Assembly (NCBI GenBank): GCA_964016885.1
Contig: OZ024756.1
Location: 35,092,001-35,156,000 of the forward strand
DNA: 64,000 bases
Direction: 5' to 3'
Source of the DNA: Eledone cirrhosa
Taxonomy: Eukaryota
Shown: positions 25,827 through 39,000 of the stretch, in pieces
How positions within the stretch are numbered: the first letter of the stretch is position 1
How the letters are laid out: each line of letters starts with the position of its first letter
Position numbers and translations under genes: made by a program
Notes under the pieces: generated by a model
The model's input: only the letters and a program-made list of their open reading frames with translations
The model's database searches: none
What the model was told of the DNA's origin: nothing

Positions 25827-27500
25827 TAATATAGAGCAGTTTTATAAATAAATATTGACATACCCTTAAAGAATGCGACCATTTCTGTTGGAAGCTCACG
25901 GATTTATATATATATATTGTGTGTGTGTTAAACAGAAGTCGGTGGATTATCTGATCAACTCAACCAACTTTCCTAGATTGTATATATTATATATATATGT
26001 ATGTTAGTTTCTCTTCAGTTTTGGATATTGATATATTTAAATTGTTAAATAATGTCATTGGTGAATAAATAGAGGTAGAGATGGATGAAGAGAGAGATAG
26101 ATATATAGAACTGGACTGATGAGAGGGATATGGTGATAGATACATAGGAGTGGGCTGATGAAAGAGAGCTGATAGATACATAGATGTGAACTGATGAGAG
26201 AGAAAGATGACAAATATAACAGTGGGCTGATGAGAGATTATACAATGAATGATGTGTAACCATTTATTAAATTGCACTCAATTGATATGGATTGAATATA
26301 ATTGAAGGATGTCATAAATAAACTGCAAAGAAACAATTTTTACATGGAATCATAAAGGACAGTAAAAATGGAGCTATTAGTCCTTTCATATCTTTTTCAA
26401 CTCAAGAGTTACAAACCAAGGGCAACTATCCAAAATCAGCTTTTGGAGTTACTTCAACCCTTTTCCGACCATATTTCCAACAAGAATATACTGCTTTTGT
26501 ATTTTAATCATTGAAATAATAGAGAATTATGAGAGGTTTAGTGAAATAACTAACTTTCAACTTAATGGTTTCTGATTTAGGCACAAGGCCTGCTATTTGT
26601 AGAGGAGGGTGGGGGATGTTCATTAAATCCACTCCATTTTAATTTATCAACTCTGGGAAGATAAAGGCATAGTTAACCTCAGTGGGACTTGAACACAAAG
26701 TACTGAGAGCAAGAAAAACTACCAAGGTCTTCAAGCAAATGCTCTAATAACTCCCAAATGCGATCTACGTTAAATTATGCATCAAACACCAGCTTAACAA
26801 CAAGTAAGTTAGTCATATTACTAAATCCCTCCAAATTCTTAATTAGTTTCAAATAATTTGAAAATCCCATGCATTAGAAATATAGTAATAAAAGGCTTAA
26901 AAACAAAAAATATCCAATTTTCATCCAATATTTTAACAGCAGAAATCATCATCATCGATAATGTTATTGTATTTATTATATGTGGCGGGAACTTCGATAT
27001 TCTATTACCATGACTATGATAGTAACAAGTTCTGGTTCAAAGTTTAAAAAAAAAACCCCAATATTTTAATAACTCTACAGTTTTTTTTGTCTGCCTGTCA
27101 CATGAATGCTACAATCTGCCAAAATTGTTCCAAATTTTTATTTAATTTAAAATACATGGAACACAAATGCTGTTAGCAGTAAGGATATTTCTACTTATAA
27201 GATATAATTGCTTTAAAAATATGCAATTTACTCACAAAAGCTGACTCAACCTGTTTTTGGATGAAGAAATAATTGTAAAACAGTAAACTAAAATAAAATA
27301 AAATAAAATAAAATAAAATAAAATAAAAATAAAAAAAAAGCCATAGTACAATGACAAACCAATAAAAAGAGAAAAATATACAAAAAATACCAAACATATC
27401 TGATACAATGTATGTATGTATCTGTCAGAGTATGCATATGTGTCTGTATCAAAGAGTGTGTATGTATGTGTGTGCATATGTATGTGTCAAAGAGTGTCTA

Positions 27501-27815
27501 TCATCATCATCATCATCATCACCGTTTTACGTCCGTTCTTCCACGCTAGCATGGGTTAGACGGGTTGTCCTGTTGTGGGCAGTGTCTGGTCGGCTGACCA
27601 TGCCTTGCTCATACAGGAACTGATCTGGCTTGATTTCTACAGCTGGATGCCCTTCCTAACACCAACCTCATTTACAGTGAGTGCTGGGTGCTTTTTCGTG
27701 GCGCCTACACGTCCACTTTACAGTGTGGGCTGGGTGCTTTTTTGCCGTGGCACCTCCACGACCACCTTGCGGTGGGGGGGGGGGGGGGGCATATTGTTTA
27801 TATGCTTCAGCATGT
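27501..27815 (-). mobile_element. RTE LINE 3'UTR fragment
   Basis: Reverse complement of ~16210-16490, with (ATC)n tail. Confidence 0.85.
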
Positions 27816-28247
27816 ACCCATGGGAGGTCTATGTGTGTGCATATGTATCTATGTGTCAGATAGTGTGTATGTGTGTGTGTGCATATGTATCTGTGTCAAA
27901 GAGTGTGTATGTGTTTATCTGTCTGAGTATGCATATGTAAGCATATGTGTGTTTGTATGGTATCCAGTATATGTCAGGTCGTTGAAATTATTACACTTAT
28001 CTGACTATAAAACATTGCTTCAAAAAAGAATTTTTGAGGTGGGCAGTTAGTAGTAATGTCCAGGGGGTTGCTGGAGTGGACAGAGTTAGTAGTAATATAC
28101 AGGGGGTTGCTGGAGTGGACATAGTAGTAATATACAGGGGGTTGCTGGAGTGGACATAGTTTAGTAGTGACATGCGGGGTGTTGCTGAGATGAACATGGT
28201 TTAGTAATAATGTCTGAGAGGGTAGGGTTTGCTGGAGTGGACACAAT

Positions 28248-29991
28248 TTAATAGTAACGTCCAGGAGGTTGCTGGGATGAATATGCCTGTGGCCGACCAG
28301 CAGCTTGATGACCAGTATATGTCGCCTGAAATAAAGAGAAAGAAATTATTATTATGAACCCGGATACAAGTATCAGAATTATTCATTTAGTATAATGAAG
28401 TTGTTTTGGACGTGTGTTCCAATAATTCAGTCTCTTGACGCTAAGTGATGCCATGGATAACAGGTAATATGAATATATATGATATATACACAAGTATTAT
28501 AAGGTAAGAAAAGATAATGACCTTTACCTGAGAATTTACACAGGTAATGTGGAGTGGAGTTAGCAGACAGAGAATATAATGTAAGAGAATATAAAAGACT
28601 TTTACCTGAGAATTCACACAGGTAATGTTGAGTTAGCAGGCAGAGAATATAAGACATTTACCTGAGAAATCACAGAGGTAATGTGGAGTTAGTAAGAAAG
28701 AATGTAAGATAGGTAAGAAAGATCGTTACTTGATAACTCTCACAGGTGATGTCAAGATAGTATGTAGAAAATGTAAGGTAAACAATCTTTACCTGAGTAC
28801 TCACACAGATGATGTGTATTTATCAGGTACAGAATATAATGTAAGAAAAAGATTAAAGATATTTACCTGAGTAGTGACTGGTTGGTAAGAACTGACTGTA
28901 GTGTGCTGGGGTTGGGGCTGTGAGCCACGCCCAGAATAACCTGTCACTATACTGCCCTATAAAAAGATAAAAAGAAAAATGTAAAAAAAGTGTAATTTAC
29001 CTTGCCAACCCCAAGGGATGTCATCCAATCAAATTATTTGTATAATTACGCAAATGGAATGTGTAATGGTGTAATGTGAGCATGAACAATGAAGCATGGA
29101 TAAACAGAGTAAAACTGACCATAAAAGGAATCGGATGTAATGTGTTGGACAGGGGACTGTGCATGGATGATGAGAATTGTCCAATATGATTTACAAACCT
29201 TACTGGTGTGGGAGAAAGAGAGGGGGTCAGAGGTCAGGCAGTGACCAAGACTGTTTACAGGCCTTCCTGGACTGGGGTGAGAGAAAAACCCTCAGAATTC
29301 ATGATTATATTCAAAACTAATTCAAAATCACAAAGAGTGAATTTCATTAGAAAAAATTGGTAACAAATCTGTATATTTATTTAAAAACCTTCCATTACAA
29401 TTTTATGTTAGAACCTTTGTTAAGTTATGTCCCAAATACCAACTTAAAAATGAGAAAGTTATTTATATTTCTAAATCCTGCAAATTCTTCATTCACTAAA
29501 TCATTCTATGACACAAAGACAAAGATATTTGTGAAGTCTAATATTTATATAATTCATCTACCTTTGGCTGTGAATTCTGTTGTATCTGTAGAGGGCGGGC
29601 CATCAGAGTCTGTTGTTGACTTGTTATAGGCGTAATGCCTCGTATATGTTGCTATAGTAACAATAAAAAAATAAACACTCACAATAAACAATAATGATAA
29701 AAGGGTGTATACATTTTATTGATAAATACTTTATTTAAAACATTAAATAAAATAAAAATATATTGTTCTACATAGAAAAAAAACCCTCCAAGTTTTCTTT
29801 TAATAAAAAAGGTATCTATTAAATATATAGACCATATACAGAGTGTCCCCCAAAAATGTATACACAACAAATGTTTAAAAAATGGGTGTTTACATACAAT
29901 TGAATGTGTGTAGATCATTTTATTTTTGGGAAAGGCTGTGCATTCTAATAAATATTGCCTGTACAGGTAATCAAAGTATACATTTTTGTGT

Positions 29992-30022
<31 letters not shown>

Positions 30023-33000
30023 CACACATATACACAAACACACAGGTGTGTAAGTCATACCTTTTCTCATGAATGAACCTACATGGAAAACCAGCCTGTA
30101 ACTAACTTATCTACTGGACATACAAAACCCCCAATTCAAAATACATGACACATTGTAAATGTGGCATGTGATATGAGAAGAACCCTTAACGCCTAACACA
30201 CTATTTCAATCTTGGTGGAGCCCATCCCCCTCTCCAGGTCATAACAAAACTGATTTGAGAAAGAGAGTGGGGGCAGGCATCCCCAATACTGGACTGGAAC
30301 TTTATCGACCTCAAAATTATGAAATTTGACCTCAGTGGAATTTGAACTAAGAGCACAGTGAGCTGGAACAAATAGCAAAGCATTCTAAATCTGATGCCTT
30401 AACAACTCTGCCAAACTGCTGCCTATGACGGATGTACACTGACCTTTTATTTTGGAGATGCTGAATCCAAGTCAATGTGGTAATCCTTTATAGTGCTTCT
30501 GATGATATATAGAATTTGATAATGTTTCATTACCTCTATATTTTACATCTTTAAACTAAATTGGGCATAACAAACATTAATTAAGTATAATTTGTTATAT
30601 TGAAACATTTGATCTGGCTGGATCCCCAAGCGTGTCCAGCCAAGCTCATGGACCTTATCCAACCATCTTGCTTGGGGTCTACCCTTAGGTCTACACCAGT
30701 TGGTTTTGCCCATAAAAATCAGTCCAGCGATTCTTTCCTGAGACATTCTAACCACATGTCTATAGTAAAGGAGCTGTGATCTCTCAATTCAGAGAAGTAG
30801 CAGCTCTACGTGGAGTGACTCTCTAATCTCTGAGCTACACACTATCAAGTAATGTTACTCCAAAGACCCTTCGAAGGAATCCCATTTCGGCTGCTTGTAT
30901 TCGTGATCGCATTTTCTTTAGCTTAGCTCAAGAAATATCCGATGAATACAATCAGTGGTAGGGACTGACTGATACATGACCACAACATAGTAATACAGAC
31001 TTTGCTATAAACCTCATCACAAAAACACTGACAAATATAACACTGGTACTTTTACCATTAACCCTTTTAATACCAAACTGCCTGAAACTGCTCCTACTTC
31101 TATGATATAAACTGTTTGTTTTATATTAAGTATTTATCATCATCATCATCATCTTCGTTTAACGTCTATCTTCCATGCTAGCATGGGTTAGACTAAAAAA
31201 ATACCTTCCATCATAATTTTATATAGGAACAGCAACATAATAATGAAAAATTTAATTATATCACTAGACCATTCTAAATTTGCAATTATTTTCAAAATTA
31301 TTCGAAAACGATAGGCAGTACATTTCAATAAATAAATAAAAGGGTTAATACTGAGTACTGTGGCAATAATAGAAACAATTATTAATAATTGTAGGGAGAT
31401 CATGTCTTACCTGTTGTTTGTGTCTTACCTGTTGAACAGTCTGCATTTTGAATTTCTCATCACTAAAGCCAGACTTTTGATTGGCGTGTTCTAACTGTTG
31501 TTGGAGAGGTAGAGCAGAACTGTGTGCTGTGTTCAGGTAACCTGCTAAAAGAAATAAAATTTTCAGTTCACATCTGTGCAGGCTCAGCTGGCCTCCAACG
31601 TGGTTAACATTTCGCACGCTCAAGGCGACATAAGGCACCAATAGAGTGATCTGCCCTTAATACATAATGCAGTGTCAAGGGAAACAATTCATAAAAACTT
31701 CCAGCGTGCTGAAGATTAACATTTTATAAGAGGGTTCTTGGGGTATTTTAAGGATAGTTTTATCACTGTCTAAGTGAGATGCAGGCCCTCGGCTCACCTG
31801 AGAGGTCAGTAATTCTGCTTATGTACTAACCTTGTTTGTTGACGACTCGTCAGAACCCTTGTTAGCAGGGAAAAATGGATATCAAATGATGATGATATAT
31901 AGATACATACACACACACATATACATACATATATACATCATAATCATTGCTTAACATCCACTTTCCTTGCTAGTAAGGGTTGGACAACACACACATATAC
32001 ATACACGTATATGCATACATATAAACATACACACACACACAAATATACATCATCATCATCATCATTTAACGTCTATCTTCCATGCTAGCATGGGTTATAT
32101 ATAAATGTATATATACATACATGCATACACACATTATAGATTTTCTGAAAACAGAGTAATTAATGTTATATAAATGTTAAGTTCCAATATATAGATATTA
32201 GCAAAGAGTACATATGTTTAGAGATACTCAACCACTTTACCAAATGTTACATGATAGACTGGTGATGTTAAGGCTGTATAACTCATATAAATATGTGGCT
32301 GAGTATTCCACAGATACGTCTACCCTAACATAATTTTCAAGGTTATTTAGTTTGACACAGTGCGTGACAAGGCTGTCTCTTTGGTACAATCCCTCTGATG
32401 GCCTTCCAAACAGTTTCCACCTACCCAATTACACTCCCAAAGCTTGCATAGAACTGAGTCTATGATATAAGACATTTATCTATGAAGCTGTACAGTTGGA
32501 TCAAAACTGAAATCTCATGATAGTAAAGTGAACTCCTTAACTATTTGGTTATACTGTGTTCACACATTAAAAGTATTACCTTTAGAATATTAGTTAAATT
32601 TTATTCTAATCTATATATATAAAACTGTGGTTGTCTGTCTGTCTATCGATTTTTGGCACACATCTCCTCTTAGAATCTCTCACGGAATTGCACCCAAATT
32701 GCTATACTTGTACATTGAGCCCTAGCGAAGACATCGGAAAAAAAAAATTTCAAATTGACCCACCCTATGTGACGAAATCGAATATAATGTATCGATTTTT
32801 GAGCGTAAGTGATCAGTTATTTCCCTTTGTTCTGTTTACATTGAGCGTCTGCGTGCAAAAATTAAAAAAATTACGCTGGCTTTCTCAGCGTTTAAAATGA
32901 CATTAACACAATAATTTTTACTTGAAAACAAGTCTATTTAAAGACTACGTAAAACAAGCAAATATTTCGTAAAAAAAAGCAAAAATTATATAAGTTTGAA

Positions 33001-36000
33001 ATTGGAATAAATGCTCTGAAATAGCGATATATATGTGAATATAGACATAGAATATTCGAAAATATTCTGTATGTTTATAATAAACATTTTGAAGACCTAA
33101 TCGCTATAGAATAGAATACGTCACGTATTACAATTAGATTCTCGATAAAAGCAAGGGAAGTAATCTACGCGTTTCATTCTTGTTAGAATTCATCAGGACT
33201 ACATATCCAGTGCTTTTATCGAGAATGACACAGCTAGAGACTTATAGAATACTTAGCTGTGTACAGGAACTGGTTTGAAAGAGCGGTTGCCGGTCCGGCA
33301 GAAATTAGAAATTGGAATAAATGCTCTGAAATAGCGATATATATGTGAATATAGACATAGAATATTCGAAAATATTCTGTATGTTTATAATAAACATTTT
33401 GAAGACCTAATCGCTATAGAATAGAATACGTCACGTATTACAATTAGATTCTCGATAAAAGCAAGGGAAGTAATCTACGCGTTTCATTCTTGTTAGAATT
33501 CATCAGGACTACATATCCAGTGCTTTTATCGAGAATGACACAGCTAGAGACTTATAGAATACTTAGCTGTGTACAGGAACTGGTTTGAAAGAGCGGTTGC
33601 CGGTCCGGCAGAAATTAGAAATTGGAATAAATGCTCTGAAATAGCGATATATATGTGAATATAGACATAGAATATTCGAAAATATTCTGTATGTTTATAA
33701 TAAACATTTTGAAGACCTAATCGCTATAGAATAGAATACGTCACGTATTACAATTAGATTCTCGATAAAAGCAAGGGAAGTAATCTACGCGTTTCATTCT
33801 TGTTAGAATTCATCAGGACTACATATCCAGTGCTTTTATCGAGAATGACACAGCTAGAGACTTATAGAATACTTAGCTGTGTACAGGAACTGGTTTGAAA
33901 GAGCGGTTGCCGGTCCGGCAGAAATTAGAAATTGGAATAAATGCTCTGAAATAGCGATATATATGTGAATATAGACATAGAATATTCGAAAATATTCTGT
34001 ATGTTTATAATAAACATTTTGAAGACCTAATCGCTATAGAATAGAATACGTCACGTATTACAATTAGATTCTCGATAAAAGCAAGGGAAGTAATCTACGC
34101 GTTTCATTCTTGTTAGAATTCATCAGGACTACATATCCAGTGCTTTTATCGAGAATGACACAGCTTTCAAACCAGTTCCTGTACACAGCTAAGTATTCTA
34201 TAAGTCTCTAGCTGTGTCATTCTCGATAAAAGCACTGGATATGTAGTCCTGATGAATTCTAACAAGAATGAAACGCGTAGATTACTTCCCTTGCTTTTAT
34301 CGAGAATCTAATTGTAATACGTGACGTATTCTATTCTATAGCGATTAGGTCTTCAAAATGTTTATTATAAACATACAGAATATTTTCGAATATTCTATGT
34401 CTATATTCACATATATATCGCTATTTCAGAGCATTTATTCCAATTTCTAATTTCTGCCGGACCGGCAACCGCTCTTTCAAACCAGTTCCTGTACACAGCT
34501 AAGTATTCTATAAGTCTCTAGCTGTGTCATTCTCGATAAAAGCACTGGATATGTAGTCCTGATGAATTCTAACAAGAATGAAACGCGTAGATTACTTCCC
34601 TTGCTTTTATCGAGAATCTAATTGTAATACGTGACGTATTCTATTCTATAGCGATTAGGTCTTCAAAATGTTTATTATAAACATACAGAATATTTTCGAA
34701 TATTCTATGTCTATATTCACATATATATCGCTATTTCAGAGCATTTATTCCAATTTCTAATTTCTGCCGGACCGGCAACCGCTCTTTCAAACCAGTTCCT
34801 GTACACAGCTAAGTATTCTATAAGTCTCTAGCTGTGTCATTCTCGATAAAAGCACTGGATATGTAGTCCTGATGAATTCTAACAAGAATGAAACGCGTAG
34901 ATTACTTCCCTTGCTTTTATCGAGAATCTAATTGTAATACGTGACGTATTCTATTCTATAGCGATTAGGTCTTCAAAATGTTTATTATAAACATACAGAA
35001 TATTTTCGAATATTCTATGTCTATATTCACATATATATCGCTATTTCAGAGCATTTATTCCAATTTCTAATTTCTGCCGGACCGGCAACCGCTCTTTCAA
35101 ACCAGTTCCTGTACACAGCTAAGTATTCTATAAGTCTCTAGCTGTGTCATTCTCGATAAAAGCACTGGATATGTAGTCCTGATGAATTCTAACAAGAATG
35201 AAACGCGTAGATTACTTCCCTTGCTTTTATCGAGAATCTAATTGTAATACGTGACGTATTCTATTCTATAGCGATTAGGTCTTCAAAATGTTTATTATAA
35301 ACATACAGAATATTTTCGAATATTCTATGTCTATATATAAGTTTATTTAAAATATATGTATCTGTAAATTTCGTTACGCGTGCAGTCAGTTTTATATATA
35401 TAGATGATAAACAATAATAACCTCTATGAGGTCACTAAACCTGCTAGAAACAGCAGCTAACTCTCCCTCATATCACACCACTCCTTACTGTCTTAAATTT
35501 AGAAAACACATATCCTCTATGAGGTTACTAAACCTGCTAGAAACAGCAGCTAACTCTCCCTCATATCACACCACTCCCTACTGTCTTAAATTTAGAAAAC
35601 ACATATCCTCTATGAGGTTACTAAACCTGCTAGAAACAGCAGCTAACTCTCCCTCATATCACACCCTTCCCTACTGTCTTAAATTTAGAAAACATATCTT
35701 CTATGAGGTCACTAAACCTGCTAGAAACAGCAGCTAACTCTCCCTCATATCACACCCCTCCCTACTGTCTTAAATTTAGAAAACATATCCTCTATGAGGT
35801 CACTAAACCTGCTAGAAACAGCAGCTAACTCTCCCCCATATCACACCCCTCTCTACTGTCTTAAATTTAGAAAACATATCTTCTATGAGGTCACTAAACC
35901 TGCTAGAAACAGCAGCTAACTCTCCCTCATATCACACCACTCCCTACTGTCTTAAATTTAGAAAACACATATCCTCTATGAGGTCACTAAACCTGCTAGA

Positions 36001-39000
36001 AACAACAGCTAACTCTCCCTCATATCACAACCCTCCCTACTGTCTTAAATTTAGAAAACACACAGACAACCATGCAGAACAACTCCATCGCAGCTCTGTG
36101 GTTCGGCTGGCATCGTCTACTCGCGTGTTGCGCAAGTACTGTGAAACAATAAATTTCAACACTTTTTTGCACAGAGATAATATCCATAGGCGAAACTACA
36201 ATTGTCACTGCTGGCGCAGCTCATGCTTCCAGGTCTGCAATTCATTCACTCAGTGCCTGGTAGACAAAAAAGTGCTGCAACCTAACTTTGGTAACTTAAT
36301 GACCCCGAGCAACGCCGGGCTTTAATGCTAGTTTCAGATAAAATAAAGAACAAGACTAAATTTGTCATGAAGGTTAACCTTTTTTGTATCAAACTGCTTG
36401 AAACTGTTCCTGCTTCTCTGATAAAAAAAACAACTTTATCTTTAAGTGTTTACATTTATCTAAAAACCTCCCAGCATAATTTTATACAAGAACCTTTATT
36501 AAGTTATGCTCGAAACATCAGTTTAATAATGAAAAAATTATGTTATTAACCCTTTAGCATTTACATTACTCTATATTTACTATTATATTTTCATGGTAAA
36601 GGCTTTACCTCACATAGTTATCTCACCTAATATTGGATCTATGAGATTTTTATATTATTTATTTTGAGAACAATACCTTAACGTTGGTATGAGTGGCCGG
36701 TTATGACCAGTTTGAACAGAAAGTGAGAGCATTCTGGCCCGGTATCGCCAGTTTAAATGCTAAAGGTTAAATCTCTCCAAATTCTTGATTATTTTCAAAA
36801 TTATTTGAAAATCATACACAGTGTCTTTCAGTAGAAATATGGTGATGTGATGAACAGGTTGATAATATCATTAAACAGAATATATCATTGAATAGAATAA
36901 ATTGTCATGCTCAAGAACACAACACGTGTCTTCACAATAAATATATTACGAGAGAATTTCCAGAGTGGATGTTGGTGATTCTAATTACAAGGGAAGTGCA
37001 AAGGGAAAGCTTAATAAGATAAATACATATCGAGAGAGATGTCTTGAGGAGGTAGAAGAGGCTAGAAGGAGGGTCGGCATCTCACCTTTGTATTCCCGTT
37101 CTCTTCCTTGGCGAGACGCTAATTCACAGGGAGGAGAAAAAGGGAGATAAACGGAAGAGTTTTAATTTCAACATTACATCACCACCAGCAACAACATAAG
37201 AAAATCAGCACCAAAAACAACAACAAAAACCCCAACATCACAGATAAAACAGCAACAACATTACAGATATGACAACAATATTATAACATCAGCCTGGACT
37301 ACCAGATGAAATCAGATTCTTTAGGCAGCTGAATGCTCATTTCAGGAAACTTTGAGATCTACCAATTGGAGAGTTGGATGCAATGCCCTAACTGGTTGTT
37401 TACCTGCATATTACACACACACACGTTGTTGTTATAGCTCGCACATGTAGGTTTAGCAGGCCTCCTATAAGGTTGCATCTCATAGCTTTCTTGGGTGCAG
37501 CCAGTCCTATCATGGAAAGACTTCCCCTTAAAACCAGACACCAGTCTGTTGCAGTGATTAACACCCAGCTTGTGTTCCTAGTACAGATTTCTTTTTTTCT
37601 CAGCAGAGTGAACTAGAGGTTTGTGAAATGAAGAGTCTTGCACAAGGATACAATGTGCCTCCCGGTCAGGGAATTGAACCTATGGTTATGATTGTGATTC
37701 CAACTCCCTAACCGACCAATGGAGATGGAAAGAAAAGGAAAAAAAAATGTAGTTTATCTTACTTGCTTGTGGCATCCGCTGTAGTTGGTAGTTATGTGGA
37801 TAAGATTCAGCTAATGGCTTCTGTTGTTGAGGATAATGACCAGGATACGATGTAAAAGCTGACTGTGAAGCCACTGTTGGGGTGGTGGTGTATTTAGTGG
37901 TGGGTGGACCAGCAGTGAATGGCACAGCTTGCTGCTGGTAAGCATGGCTACCTTGACTGGCGTATGCTACTTGAGGAGGTTGGTTCTGGCCATATGTTGT
38001 AGCTTCTGAATAAAATAAGGACAAAAAAAAGTAATAGACTGATAAATTAGTAATAGCACTAACACAGTGGGGTTCACAATAAAGACATAAGTATGCAGGT
38101 GGAGGTCTATGAGTGCTCTGTCCTCAGCCCATAACAGAAGAGTTTAAAACAGGTGGTCCATGGGAACTCCTATATGCTGATGACCTAGTCCTCTTATTGA
38201 ATCTGCAGTAGAATTAGAGAAGAAATTCCAGACAGAAGCAAAATTTGGAATCGAAAGGCTAAAGTCCTAGAAAGTAGAAAGGAAATCTGATTCCATCAGA
38301 GAAATGGCCTTGCTCAGTATGCAGAGAAGTAGTAGATAAAAATCCCATACTATGTCCTAAATGTAAACTAGGGGTACACAAAAGCTGTAACAGTATCTTA
38401 GCCAGGCTAGCAAAGAATGTAGGCTATGTATGTGGTTGATACTCAGGAGCAATAAGCAGCAAAACCTTACTATCAATTGCTTAGCGGACTCCTTAGAACT
38501 AGTTGACAGCTTCTGCTACTTGGATGACCATGCTTGTTTCATCTTGTAAGTGTCGAAAATAGATGTTAAAAGGTAATGATGATGGTGATACTTTCAGTAC
38601 TCCTAGTCAGATACTGCCTGAGACTAGTGACAGAGAGGGTGTTAGTGTCTATGGCACATTTTACAGAGTGGACTTTGCTAAAGTCACCTAAGTAAATAGT
38701 TCCTTCTACTTTAACCCTATCATGACCATATTTCTAATGAAATACATTCTATTTCAGTTTTAAGGGATTTACTAAAATTATTCATTATTACATTACTAAG
38801 ATAGTAACTTAACACATGGTTCTTATATAAAATTATTTTGGAAGATTTTTATTTAAAACGGGTTCGTTTTGGTTTATAGGACCAGAGGCAGTTTTGGCCA
38901 GGGTTGGTATAAAAACAACCATTACAACATGGAGTGTTGATGTAATATACTTACTGTACTCAGCTTGAGAAGGTGTATATACGACAGCTGGTTGTTTATT

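Larger units (their letters stand above)
33001..35336. repeat. 310-bp tandem repeat arranged as a fold-back palindrome
   Basis: ATTGGAATAA recurs at 33001, 33311, 33621, 33931; orientation flips at ~34165. Arms 33039-34165 and 34210-35336 read as reverse complements. Confidence 0.97.
32610..36331 (+). mobile_element. Non-autonomous Helitron-like composite element in GPS2 intron
   Basis: 5' A|TCTATATATATAAAACTG followed by a (TGTC)n microsatellite; 3' subterminal hairpin CCCGAGCAACGCCGGG, then CTAG|T at 36328-36332. No target-site duplication seen; sits between A and T. Confidence 0.75.

Noticed and set aside
26110-26240. Four CTGATGA motifs at ~37-bp spacing
   Set aside because: Degenerate tandem repeat with no stem II/GAAA partner, so not hammerheads; no C/D-box snoRNA stem seen.
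35426-36325. ORFs with repeated MRSLNLLETAANSPSYH
   Set aside because: Produced by the 91-93-bp minisatellite; the frame shifts between units.
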